Below are positions 19,401 to 27,851 of a stretch of 64,000 nucleotides of DNA, piece after piece. The notes under the pieces were generated by a model, which was not told where the DNA came from, made no database searches, and worked only from the letters and a program-made list of their open reading frames with translations. Made by a program: the position numbers and the translations under genes. The DNA is from Candidatus Latescibacterota bacterium (GTDB taxonomy: Bacteria; Latescibacterota; UBA2968; UBA8231), in contig CBDETK010000013.1 in the NCBI GenBank assembly GCA_965242865.1, forward strand, positions 1,856,001 to 1,920,000, read 5' to 3'. How positions within the stretch are numbered: position 1 is the stretch's first letter; each line of letters begins with the position of its first letter.

Positions 19401-19738
19401 TCCCGGTCGAGGGCCTTGAGCGTCTCCACCGTGAGGTCGGCGAGGCTGTGCAGCTGGCCCTCGGTCAAGTCGAAGCGCTCGGGATAGCGGTTGCCCAAAA
19501 AATTGACCATGGCCACAATGCCAAAGACCATGATGCCGCCCCAAAACGCGTTGAGCCAGCGGCCGTACTGGCGGAAGAGCGCCGGGTTAAACAGCCCGGC
19601 CGCGGCCACCATCAGGACGCCGAGGGCCGCATTAAAAAGCCCGGCCGAGCCGCTCTCGGGGTTGAGCAGGTAGGCCAAGCCACCGGCGACGATTAGTGCT
19701 GCGCCGGCCAAGCCCAAGGGCGTGGTATATGCCTTCAT
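16478..19738 (-). CDS. GldG-family ABC transporter auxiliary protein with two tandem modules
   Basis: Duplicated motifs GHGE, GDSDFA(T/S)NQYF, VNFLG.RY; TM helices at N-terminus, middle and C-terminus; start at MKAY 19738. Confidence 0.85.
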   Translation of the reverse strand: MKAYTTPLGLAGAALIVAGGLAYLLNPESGSAGLFNAALGVLMVAAAGLFNPALFRQYGRWLNAFWGGIMVFGIVAMVNFLGNRYPERFDLTEGQLHSLADLTVETLKALDRDVHALAFMEGGENPELELLLAELETYNTRFSYEFIDPDRDPGRTEDYGIRRYDTLVLESGDKQQQITELEEREIVNSLLKLTRERQDRIYLTVGHGERQLANQPDGLAQLQAQLGEIDYAVEDSLFLAREGAVPQNCAVLVVAGPRTPFFPGEVEAIRSYLAAGGALLLLLDPLADSGLEELLSEWGVAVGDDFVIDTSGIGSLFGLDFTTPVALSYGDHPVTRKHEGLMTFFQLGRSVHFDEEVGREGATLVQTSEAGWAETDLSVLTGEGNQTVKLDEGVDQPGPVSLAVAARDPAAGGRLVVFGDSDFATNQYFGVQGNGDLVLNALSWLAEDEALISIRPREPGHNPIALTESDSEWIFWLSVVLYPGLIALVGIAVVSRKGRWSLADLSAAGLGIVISLGIAALVNFLGDRYHFRKDMTADALFTLSGDTHRLLEPLQANGQYVHVKTFMGELENVRFEDLLREYRYVSPHFDYELLDPQKNRLRVEQNNIRERGTSIVEVIDEGQVRTERITAQSEEALSNAILKALKGRELRAYFTSGHGEAELDQVDEQGYSTLKGRLKELNFAVEEELTLAEPVPDDATLVVVLGPTERFAAAEAEVLRQYLARGGRALLLLDPGQPTGLEALLNEYSIALGQDFVVDLSGLGQLFGAEASVPVVINYGDHPITQELSAGMMTFFPLARSVQPTEHRLKVKDPDLAALAYTHKNSWGETDLAPIVGEGGEVAFDPEADLRGPVPLGMAVSAAVDTSLAPEGRTRLVVIGDSDFASNQYFAQQANGELFIGNVRWLTEDEDRLTIADKQPAFNPINLIGNQGAVILWISVFIVPFAVALSGLVMVLRRGYQTYADGFVSWLVYTFWGNATFFFISGIIATSEGSVFEGEVKLIAALASAAIGYGLYRHAAWAWQAGLAFSVVCAGVVALTIFTGASLGFSLIPHETVQLIYAAVFVVNAAILVWIKKVFVQEELGS

Positions 19739-19740
19739 GC

Positions 19741-20523
19741 TCAGCGCCTCCATCGCCGCGATTCAATGACGCGCGTGGTCAAAAACAGGCAGAAAAAGGT
19801 AAAGCTCAGGTAGAACACCACGTCTTTGGTGTCGATGACCCCGCGCTGGAAATCTTCGAGGTGGTCTATAAAGGAGAGGTACTGCAGGATTTTGGCGGCC
19901 GTGGGACCGGCAAAGCTAGCCGACCAGTCGATCAGCCAGAACAGGAGCAACATGCCAAAGGTCAGCAGCACGGCGACGATTTGGTTTTCGGTCAGCGCTG
20001 AGGCCAAGATGCCCACGGCGATAAAGGTCGCGCCTAAAAACAAGTAGCCGAGGTAGCCGGAAAAAATCGGCCCCCAGTCGGGCGAGCCGTACACTTCGAG
20101 AATGACGAAGTAAATCAGCGTCAGGCTGACGATGATGCCGTAGAGCGAAAAGCAGGCGAGAAACTTGCCCAGCATCACTTCGACGGTGCGCAGCGGCGAG
20201 GTCATCAGCAATTCGATGGTGCCGGATTTTTTCTCCTCGGCAAACAGCCGCATGGTCAGCATGGGGATGACCAAGAGCCATATAAAGTCCATGACCGCGA
20301 AGAATTGGGTGATGACCATCTCGTTGAGATTGAGGGCTGGCATCCCTCCCATGCCCATCTGCGCCCGCTGGCCAAACTGCAAGCACCAGAGGTTGAACTG
20401 CATCAGAATGTTGCGAAACAAATAGCCCGAGAGAAACAGGAAAACGCCGGCGATCACGTAAGCGACCGGCGAAACAAAATAGGAGCGCATCTCCTTGGTG
20501 TACACGGCGGCAAAATTACGCAT
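19741..20523 (-). CDS. ABC-2 permease, GldF-like
   Basis: KEMRSYFVSP, TMRLFAEEKKSGTIELLMTSP, SALTENQIVA. Confidence 0.9.
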   Translation of the reverse strand: MRNFAAVYTKEMRSYFVSPVAYVIAGVFLFLSGYLFRNILMQFNLWCLQFGQRAQMGMGGMPALNLNEMVITQFFAVMDFIWLLVIPMLTMRLFAEEKKSGTIELLMTSPLRTVEVMLGKFLACFSLYGIIVSLTLIYFVILEVYGSPDWGPIFSGYLGYLFLGATFIAVGILASALTENQIVAVLLTFGMLLLFWLIDWSASFAGPTAAKILQYLSFIDHLEDFQRGVIDTKDVVFYLSFTFFCLFLTTRVIESRRWRR

Positions 20524-21456
20524 TTAAGCTGCTACCTCCTCGCTAGTCAGGCTCAGGAAAATGTCTTCGAGGGTCATGTCGAGCGGCCGCAACTCGCGGA
20601 GGCTGAAGCCGCTTTCCACCACCTTGCGGGTCAGGTCGTCGCGCACATCCGCGCCGGGGGTGCTCGTCACTACGTACGCGCCCTCCTCGCCGCTCGCTTC
20701 AACCTCTAGGACGCCTTCGAGCTGGCCGATCATGCCCAGCACTTGCTCGCTGGGGCCGTCGATGTGCGCGGACAGCACCTCGCCCTCTTTGAGCTGGGCC
20801 ATGAGGCTTTCGGGCGTCCCCTGACCGGCGATGCGGCCGTTGTTGATGATCGCCAGTTGCCCGCAGGTCATGCTCACCTCCGGCAGGATGTGGGTGCTGA
20901 GAATGACCGTGTGGTCGCCGCCCAGCCCCTTGATGACCTCGCGGATTTCGATGATCTGCTTGGGGTCGAGGCCCACCGTGGGCTCGTCGAGGATGAGCAC
21001 CTCGGGCTCGTGGACGAGGGCTTGGGCCAACCCGACGCGCTGGCGATAGCCCTTGGACAGGTGGCCGATCACCGTGTGGCGGTGGTGAGCGATGCCGGTT
21101 TTTTCCATGGTGTCGTCAATTTGGCTGTTGAGTGCTGCGCTGGGTACGCCCTTGATTTTGGCCACGAAGCGCAGGTAAGCGTTTACCGTCATGTCGTGGT
21201 AGAGCGGGGGCTGCTCGGGCAGGTAGCCAATGCGCTTGCGCACCTCTATGGACTCTTCGACCACGTCGAAACCAGCGACTTTGGCCTCGCCCTGCGAAGG
21301 GGGTAGATAACAGGTGAGCATGCGCATCGTCGTGGTCTTGCCGGCGCCATTCGGCCCGAGGAACCCGAGGATGACGCCCTTGTCAACGCTGAAGGAGACA
21401 TTCTCCACGGCGACGACATCTCCGTAGTGTTTGGACAGCTCGCGTACTTCAATCAC
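20524..21456 (-). CDS. ABC transporter ATP-binding protein, GldA-like
   Basis: GPNGAGKTT, LSKGYRQRVGLAQA, ILDEPTVGLDP. Confidence 0.93.
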   Translation of the reverse strand: MIEVRELSKHYGDVVAVENVSFSVDKGVILGFLGPNGAGKTTTMRMLTCYLPPSQGEAKVAGFDVVEESIEVRKRIGYLPEQPPLYHDMTVNAYLRFVAKIKGVPSAALNSQIDDTMEKTGIAHHRHTVIGHLSKGYRQRVGLAQALVHEPEVLILDEPTVGLDPKQIIEIREVIKGLGGDHTVILSTHILPEVSMTCGQLAIINNGRIAGQGTPESLMAQLKEGEVLSAHIDGPSEQVLGMIGQLEGVLEVEASGEEGAYVVTSTPGADVRDDLTRKVVESGFSLRELRPLDMTLEDIFLSLTSEEVAA

Positions 21457-21468
21457 CGCATTTCCTCC

Positions 21469-22344
21469 TTAGTGCCGCTGCATCCGCGTGCGAAAAAAGT
21501 GAATGAGGGGTTCGACGTACGGGCGCGACAGGTCGATCTCGATTTGGTCGACGCCCGCTTTGTGCAATAGGGTGCTGCGGTGCTCGGCCGCGGCCTGCTG
21601 TTCGGCGGCGAAAAACGCACGCACGCCCTCGTGGCCGCTATCGACGAGCACTTGTTGGCCGGTCTCGGCGTCTTGCAGGTTGATGAAACCAACATCGGGT
21701 AGGGCCGCCTCGCGGGGGTCGCTCACCACCACGGCGATCAGGTCGTGGCGTTGGCTCAAGTGCCGCAGCGCCGGCTCATAGCCTTGGTCGAGAAAGTCGG
21801 AGATGACGAAGACCACGCTGCGGCGGTGCAGGACGCGGCTGAGGTATTCCAAGGCCCCGGCAATGGAGGTCTGACGCCCCTGCGGCTGAAAGTACAGCAG
21901 CTCGCGCAACACGCGCAACACGTGCTTGCGCCCCTTTTTCGGGGGCACGAACACCTCGACCTCGTCCGTGAAGATGAGCAGGCCCACTCGGTCGTTGTTC
22001 TGAATCGCGCTAAAGGCCAACAGCGCCGAAACCTCAACCCCGACTTCCCCCTTCATCTGCTGCTGCGAGCCAAAGGCCCCGGACGCGCTGGCATCGACCA
22101 CCAGCATGGCGGTCAACTCGCGCTCCTCGTCGAATATTTTGACGAAGGGCGCGCCCACCCGCGCGGTCACGTTCCAGTCGATGTGGCGCACATCGTCGCC
22201 GGGCTGGTATTCGCGCGCCTCGGCAAACTCCATGCCTCGGCCCTTAAACGCCGAATGGTATTCGCCGGCAAAGAGGTTGTTCACCATGCTGCGGGTGTGA
22301 ATCTCAATCAGGCGAACTTTGTCGAGTATCTCTTTGGGAATCAC
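21469..22344 (-). CDS. DUF58 domain protein
   Basis: GRGMEFAEAREYQPGDDVRHIDWNVTAR, DASAS, ISDF. Confidence 0.93.
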   Translation of the reverse strand: MIPKEILDKVRLIEIHTRSMVNNLFAGEYHSAFKGRGMEFAEAREYQPGDDVRHIDWNVTARVGAPFVKIFDEERELTAMLVVDASASGAFGSQQQMKGEVGVEVSALLAFSAIQNNDRVGLLIFTDEVEVFVPPKKGRKHVLRVLRELLYFQPQGRQTSIAGALEYLSRVLHRRSVVFVISDFLDQGYEPALRHLSQRHDLIAVVVSDPREAALPDVGFINLQDAETGQQVLVDSGHEGVRAFFAAEQQAAAEHRSTLLHKAGVDQIEIDLSRPYVEPLIHFFRTRMQRH

Positions 22345-22361
22345 CGCTCGGCTCGCCTAAG

Positions 22362-23360
22362 CTAGGGCACTTCGATGTGGTCAAAGAGCTGCTGCACGAT
22401 GCGATCGCTGTCGATTTCCTCGGCCTCGGCCTCGTACGAGACGATGATCCGATGCCGGAGCACATCCGCCCCCACGGCCTTGACGTCTTCTGGGGTGACG
22501 TAGCCGCGCCGCTGGATGAAGGCGTGGGCGCGGGCCGTGCGGACGAGGAAGATAGCGGCCCGCGGCGAGGCCCCGTACTCGATCAGCGGAGCCATGTCGG
22601 CCAACCCATAGTCGGCCGGGCGTCGGGTCGCTTGGACGAGATCGACGACGTAATCCTTGATCTTGTCGTCGATATAGACGATCTCCACCACCTCGCGCAG
22701 GCGGCGGATTTGGTCGATGCTCACCGCTTGCTCCACCGCAATCGGGCTGTCGTTGGCCATGCGATCCAATATCAGCCGCTCCTCAGTGCGCGACGGATAA
22801 TCGACTTTTACTTTGAGCATGAAGCGATCGATCTGCGCCTCGGGCAGGGGGTACGTTCCCTCTTGATCAATCGGGTTCTGGGTGGCCATGACCAAGAACG
22901 GGTCGTCGAGTGGATAGGTTTCCTCGCCGATGGTCACCTGCCGCTCTTGCATGCACTCCAAGAGCGCGCTCTGCACTTTGGCCGGGGCTCGGTTGATTTC
23001 GTCGGCCAAGATCAAATGGGCGAAGATCGGGCCTTTCTTGGGGATAAACGCCCCTTGGTGCTGGTTGTAGATGGTGGTCCCGGTCAGGTCGGCCGGCAAC
23101 AGATCCGGGGTAAACTGAATTCGCTTGAACCGGGCCGCCACGATGCGCGCCAGCGTCGCCACCGTCAGGGTCTTGGCGAGCCCGGGCACTCCTTCGAGGA
23201 GGATGTGGCCGTTGCACAACAGCCCCATCAGGATGCGCTCCACCATGGCGCGTTGGCCGACGATGACTCGGTCCATCTCCTGCAAGACGCGCTCTACCGT
23301 CGCGCTCTCGCGCTGGACCTGCTCGCTAATGGCGTGGATGTCTAGTGTTGGTTGCATCAT
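22362..23360 (-). CDS. moxR: MoxR family AAA+ ATPase
   Basis: HILLEGVPGLAKT, RIQFTPDLLPAD, DEINRAPAKVQSALL, ATQNP, GASPRA. Confidence 0.95.
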   Translation of the reverse strand: MMQPTLDIHAISEQVQRESATVERVLQEMDRVIVGQRAMVERILMGLLCNGHILLEGVPGLAKTLTVATLARIVAARFKRIQFTPDLLPADLTGTTIYNQHQGAFIPKKGPIFAHLILADEINRAPAKVQSALLECMQERQVTIGEETYPLDDPFLVMATQNPIDQEGTYPLPEAQIDRFMLKVKVDYPSRTEERLILDRMANDSPIAVEQAVSIDQIRRLREVVEIVYIDDKIKDYVVDLVQATRRPADYGLADMAPLIEYGASPRAAIFLVRTARAHAFIQRRGYVTPEDVKAVGADVLRHRIIVSYEAEAEEIDSDRIVQQLFDHIEVP

Positions 23361-23380
23361 TCGCTATCTGCCTCGCCAAT

Positions 23381-23410
23381 AAAAAACCGCCCTGCGGATT
23401 CGCAAGCGGC
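23381..23410 (-). terminator. Intrinsic terminator-like hairpin just upstream of moxR
   Basis: Minus strand GCCGCTTGCG-AATC-CGCAGGGCGG followed by TTTTTT. Confidence 0.6.
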
Positions 23411-23455
23411 TGAGTCCCTCTGCCTCAAACCTTCTATGGCAACTTCGCAAGGTAC

Positions 23456-23947
23456 TTAGGGAACGGCGGCTTCGTCTTGAAATTGGACCCATTCTTGGGG
23501 GGCGCGCCCGACGTTGGGCAACAGGTGCTGGGCACTGACCGCGAGCTCGGAATCGGGGTAGTTGTCAATCACGCGCCGATAGGCCCGCCGCGCTTGCGCT
23601 AGATCGCGGATGTATTCCTCGTATATGAAGGCGATCATAAATTGGGCTTCGTCGCCGTGCCCGCTATCGGGGTATTCGGCCAACACGCGCTCGTAATGCC
23701 CGATGGCTTCCTGCATCTTCCCTTGCTGCTGGGCCAAGCCGGCGAGTTTTCTCAGGGCCTGTGGGGCTTGGGGCGATTCGGCAAAACGCTCGATAAATTC
23801 CGTAAAATGCGCGACCGCTTGGTCGGCCGTCGTCGGGTCGGCCGCCGCGGCCTCGCCGGCCGCGAACAGCTCCTCAGCGCTTGGTCGGCCGCACCCTCCT
23901 CCCCAAGACCCGACGATGAGAATTCCTAGTAGTATCCTCGACCACAT
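23456..23947 (-). CDS. TPR-repeat lipoprotein (BamD/CpoB-like repeats)
   Basis: Signal peptide with lipobox-like GGGC; repeats ending FAES/YPDS/YPDS. Confidence 0.78.
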   Translation of the reverse strand: MWSRILLGILIVGSWGGGCGRPSAEELFAAGEAAAADPTTADQAVAHFTEFIERFAESPQAPQALRKLAGLAQQQGKMQEAIGHYERVLAEYPDSGHGDEAQFMIAFIYEEYIRDLAQARRAYRRVIDNYPDSELAVSAQHLLPNVGRAPQEWVQFQDEAAVP

Positions 23948-23981
23948 ATACGTTTAACCACGCATGGCGTGGGCTGGTTCC

Positions 23982-24272
23982 TCAATCGGCTTTGGCGGCC
24001 TTGGCATCGCTCTTTTTGTCGGCCGCCGCGCTCTTGCTGCCGTCTTTGCTGTCTTTATCGGCCTTAGCGGCCTTTTGATAGCCATCGCTGCGATAGTCGG
24101 TAGTGTAAAAGCCGGCCCCCTTAAACAGCAGGCCGCCGCCGGTGCCGATGAGCCGCTTAACCGAGCCGGTGCAATTTGTTGCAGAGCAGGTCTGGCGCGG
24201 CGCGGCCGTGATGCTCTCGAACTCTTCAAATCGGTGGCCGCACTGCTGGCATTCGTATTCGTAGGTGGGCAT
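23982..24272 (-). CDS. FmdB family zinc-ribbon protein
   Basis: MPTYEYECQQCGHRFE...FKGAGFYTTDY. Confidence 0.9.
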   Translation of the reverse strand: MPTYEYECQQCGHRFEEFESITAAPRQTCSATNCTGSVKRLIGTGGGLLFKGAGFYTTDYRSDGYQKAAKADKDSKDGSKSAAADKKSDAKAAKAD

Positions 24273-24310
24273 AGCGTTGGCCTTGTTATAACTAAAAATA
24301 CGAATTTGAT

Positions 24311-24339
24311 AATATAAATTAGGTCAACTAGGGACGCAA
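24311..24339 (-). promoter_or_regulatory. Putative sigma70 promoter for fmdB-like gene
   Basis: TTGCGT-17 bp-TATATT in an AT-rich intergenic patch. Confidence 0.5.
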
Positions 24340-24360
24340 TACTTGGGGCCGCGCCGCGCC

Positions 24361-26322
24361 CTACTCGGCGACGCCCATTTTCGGCAGATCGCCCGTGCCG
24401 AGGGAGCGCACCTTGTCGCGCTCAATTTTGAGCAAGGTCAAAGCGCTGTTGGAGCGCACGTCCGGCGCCAGGGAGATGACGCCCGAGGCGCCTTCGTAGA
24501 ACCGCACCGCGCCCAACCACTCGACCAGCGCGGCCGGGTCGCGGTGGCCCTGCTTCCAGCCGTCAATGAGCAAGCGGGTGGCGTCGTACCCGGCCGCGGC
24601 GTAGTGCGGGTCGCGGCGAAATTGCTTGCGGAAGGCATTGACAAACGACCGCTCGGCCGCGGACTCGGCCTGCCGCACGGAAACGAAAATGACCCCGTCG
24701 AAATTCTTGCGCTCGCCCGGCCCCATCTGCCGAATGGCTTCGGGATCCCACCAAGCATCGTTGCCGAGGACTTGGGTTTGCAAGCGGTGAAAATGCACTT
24801 GGGGCGCGATCGTCTTGGCGTCGGCAAAGCTCTCGACCACCACCACCACCCCGTCGATGGTGTCGATAAACATCTCCGCTGCGAGCGTTTCCTCGGCCAC
24901 TTCTAGGGTGTCTGGGGGGGGCGGCCGCAGCGCGAAACCGGCTTGGCGGATTTCCTCAAAGACGCGGCGAAAATCCTTGGTTTCGTTGGGGACATACCAA
25001 TCGCCGTGGGCGATCTGGCCGCCGTTGCGCTCGGCAATGCGGGTGAACTCGTGCGTGAAATCCCAGCCGTAGTCGCTGAGGGGGGCAATGACCACTAAGT
25101 GCTCCAAGCCGAGGACCAAGGTCGCGTACTCGGCCAAGAGACGCGCTTGTGTTTTTGGCACCGTGCTTAGCTGAAAGACGTTGCGGCCGAGCGCGTCCAA
25201 GCCGCTTTGTTGGGCCAGCGGCACCAACAGGGGAACGCCAGCGCGCTCGGCGACCGTGGCCGCGACCACGCTAGAGCTGCTAAAGAGCGGCCCGACGATG
25301 GCCACGACGCCGCGGTCCAGCAATTGCTGGGCACTGCGCGCCACGCGCAACAACCCACTGGCCGAGCTCTCGCTGACGTCGCCGCGGCGAGCCGTGCCGA
25401 TGGGCAAATTCCCGTAGTCAACCCCGGTGTCGGCGACGATCAGCTCAAAGGGACGGCCCGCTTCCCGATTGGCCAATTGGATCCCTTCGCGGAGCTCCGC
25501 GCCAATCCGGCGGTACGGCCCGGTCAACGGCAGCAGCAAGCCCAGCCGGGGCGGCCCCGCCTCCAGACGCCGGCGCGGGGCCGGGGCCGGCGGACCGCCC
25601 CCCCGGACGGCGACCGACGCGAAGATGCCGCTGGCCACGCTGTCGCGATAGGTCTGCATCGCCCCAGCCGCTTCCGCTTGCCAGCCGAGCCGCTGAAACC
25701 AGCGCGCCCGCCCAAAGAGCAGGGCCTCGCGCAGCCGCCCGGCCCCCACGGCCTGCCGCAGGCGCGTCAGCTCGCGTTCTTTTATCTGTTCGTTCCAATG
25801 CAGAGCCGCCAACCGCTCGGCCGCCTGAGCCTGAACGATGAGCGGGGCCGGCGTGGCCAGCAAACGACCGTACTGGGACGCGGCCTCTGGGTAGTGCTTG
25901 CGGCCGAAAAACGAATCGCCGATCAACAGCCGCGCATCGGGCAGGTAGCGGCTCATGGGAAATCGGCGCTGCAACACCAAAGCCGCGTCAATGGCCTCGG
26001 CAAAGCGGCCTAGGCGGTACAGGGTTTTCCCCAAGAGGAATTGACCGGCGCTGGACCGCTGGTTGAGCGGGAACTCGGCCAGCTGCTGCAGGTGGTTGAG
26101 CGCGTCGTCAAAACGCTCTTGTCGGTAGGCCGCAAGCCCGTTGCCAAAGATCGTTTCGGCGTCGGCCGAGTGCGGCCAGCTACGCGCCTGCCCTTCGGCC
26201 AGGGCCGGGGCCAGCACCACCGCGAGAACCGCGCCTGCGGAGCGAGCAATGGGCGCCAAAAAGGGACGCGGCCTAGGTTGTCCCCAGCGGAGCGGGCGAG
26301 TATATTTTTTACGCCACTGCAT
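24361..26322 (-). CDS. TPR + periplasmic-binding-protein (LppC/LpoA-like) protein; start uncertain (26322 or TTG 26259)
   Basis: N-terminal TPRs, then RLGLLLPLTG, AIVGPLFS, AAAGYDA, YEGASG typical of type I PBP folds. Confidence 0.78.
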   Translation of the reverse strand: MQWRKKYTRPLRWGQPRPRPFLAPIARSAGAVLAVVLAPALAEGQARSWPHSADAETIFGNGLAAYRQERFDDALNHLQQLAEFPLNQRSSAGQFLLGKTLYRLGRFAEAIDAALVLQRRFPMSRYLPDARLLIGDSFFGRKHYPEAASQYGRLLATPAPLIVQAQAAERLAALHWNEQIKERELTRLRQAVGAGRLREALLFGRARWFQRLGWQAEAAGAMQTYRDSVASGIFASVAVRGGGPPAPAPRRRLEAGPPRLGLLLPLTGPYRRIGAELREGIQLANREAGRPFELIVADTGVDYGNLPIGTARRGDVSESSASGLLRVARSAQQLLDRGVVAIVGPLFSSSSVVAATVAERAGVPLLVPLAQQSGLDALGRNVFQLSTVPKTQARLLAEYATLVLGLEHLVVIAPLSDYGWDFTHEFTRIAERNGGQIAHGDWYVPNETKDFRRVFEEIRQAGFALRPPPPDTLEVAEETLAAEMFIDTIDGVVVVVESFADAKTIAPQVHFHRLQTQVLGNDAWWDPEAIRQMGPGERKNFDGVIFVSVRQAESAAERSFVNAFRKQFRRDPHYAAAGYDATRLLIDGWKQGHRDPAALVEWLGAVRFYEGASGVISLAPDVRSNSALTLLKIERDKVRSLGTGDLPKMGVAE

Positions 26323-26348
26323 TTCCAATTTTTCCTTTAGGTTAATAT

Positions 26349-27851
26349 ATGCAACCGCGCGCTGAACGAGTGGAGATCGACCCAGAAAAACTGCGCCGTC
26401 TCCTCGCCAGACAAATCGAAGACCAAGAGCAAGCACCCGCCCAACCCGAGGCGTCCGCCACCCAAGGCGACGGTACGCAGACAGTCGAGTCCGAGGCCAT
26501 TCACTTTGACCTCAAACCAGAAGAATTAGAGGCTTATCTCGATCAATACGTCATCGAGCAGCAAGACGCCAAGGCCATTCTCGCCACCAAGATCTGCACG
26601 CATTTTAACCGCCTAAAACTGCCCCCAGAAGAGGACGAAGGGTTCGTCGGCAACATCAAGAACAACGTGCTGATGATCGGCCCGACCGGCGTGGGCAAAA
26701 CCTACTTAATCCGCCTGATTGCCAGCAAAATCGGCGTCCCGTTCGTCAAGGGCGACGCCACCAAATTCAGCGAGACCGGGTACGTCGGCGGCGACGTCGA
26801 AGACTTGGTGCGCGACCTCGTCCGCGAGGCCAACGGCGATATTAAACGCGCCCAGTACGGCATCATATACATCGACGAAATCGACAAAATCGCCTCCGCG
26901 CAGGGCGTTCACGGCCCGGATGTCTCGCGCTCGGGCGTCCAGCGCAATTTGCTCAAGCTGATGGAGGAAACCGACGTCGATCTCAAAGCTCCGCACGACA
27001 TTGCCTCGCAGATGGAATCCGTGATTCAGATGCAGCAGACGGGCAAAATTGAACGCCAGAAGGTCAACACCCGCAACATCCTCTTTATCGTCAGCGGCGC
27101 CTTTGCCGGGCTCGACGAAATCATCGGCCGCCGGCTCAACAAAGGCACCATGGGGTTTCGCTCCCAAGCCGACCCAAGCCCCGACGCCGACCGGCTCCTG
27201 TCCCAGGTGCGGGCCGAGGACCTCATCGCCTACGGGTTCGAGTCCGAGTTCATTGGCCGCCTGCCCGTCATCGCGGTACTGCACGACTTGGGGCCTGAAG
27301 ATCTGCTCGAAATCCTGCGCAATCCCAAGAGCAGCGTCATCCTGTCCAAAAAGCGCGACTTCCGCGCTTATGACATTGAGGTCGAATTTGCCGATGAGGC
27401 CCTCGCCCTGTTGGCCGAGCGCGCCCACGCCGAGCGCATCGGCGCCCGAGGCTTGGTCAGTGCCATTGAAAAGGTGTTGCTCCACTACGAAAAAAAGCTC
27501 CCATCCGTCGGCATTGAGCGCTTTGTCGTTGAGGCCGATACCGTGCTCGACCCGGCGACCGGCCTAGCGCGCCTGCTGCAAAACACCTCCCTGCGTCGCT
27601 TTCTCGACCGCTTTCAACGCGAACACGCCATTGACTTGGCGATCACCCCGGAAGCCACCGCGCAAATCGAGTCCCTAGCCAGTGCGCGGAACATGGCCCC
27701 GGGCGCATTGTGCGAAGAAATGTTCAGCGACTACGGCCACGGCCTCAAGCTGGCCGGGTTGAGCCAGTTCTGCATTGACGCGGACGTGGTCGCCGCCCCG
27801 CAAGAGGCGCTCAACGCGCTCGTCAAATACTACTACAACCAACGCAGCTAA
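26349..27851 (+). CDS. ClpX-like AAA+ ATPase lacking the N-terminal zinc-binding domain
   Basis: LMIGPTGVGKT, DATKFSETGYVGGDVE, IYIDEIDKI, NILFIVSGAF, EFIGRLP, IGARGL. Confidence 0.85.
   Translation: MQPRAERVEIDPEKLRRLLARQIEDQEQAPAQPEASATQGDGTQTVESEAIHFDLKPEELEAYLDQYVIEQQDAKAILATKICTHFNRLKLPPEEDEGFVGNIKNNVLMIGPTGVGKTYLIRLIASKIGVPFVKGDATKFSETGYVGGDVEDLVRDLVREANGDIKRAQYGIIYIDEIDKIASAQGVHGPDVSRSGVQRNLLKLMEETDVDLKAPHDIASQMESVIQMQQTGKIERQKVNTRNILFIVSGAFAGLDEIIGRRLNKGTMGFRSQADPSPDADRLLSQVRAEDLIAYGFESEFIGRLPVIAVLHDLGPEDLLEILRNPKSSVILSKKRDFRAYDIEVEFADEALALLAERAHAERIGARGLVSAIEKVLLHYEKKLPSVGIERFVVEADTVLDPATGLARLLQNTSLRRFLDRFQREHAIDLAITPEATAQIESLASARNMAPGALCEEMFSDYGHGLKLAGLSQFCIDADVVAAPQEALNALVKYYYNQRS

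Noticed and set aside
16478-21456. Gliding motility inferred from Gld-like genes
   Set aside because: GldAFG-like ABC modules are widespread in non-gliding bacteria and no GldK-N/T9SS genes are present here
22377-23345. 322-aa plus-strand ORF
   Set aside because: Antisense mirror of moxR
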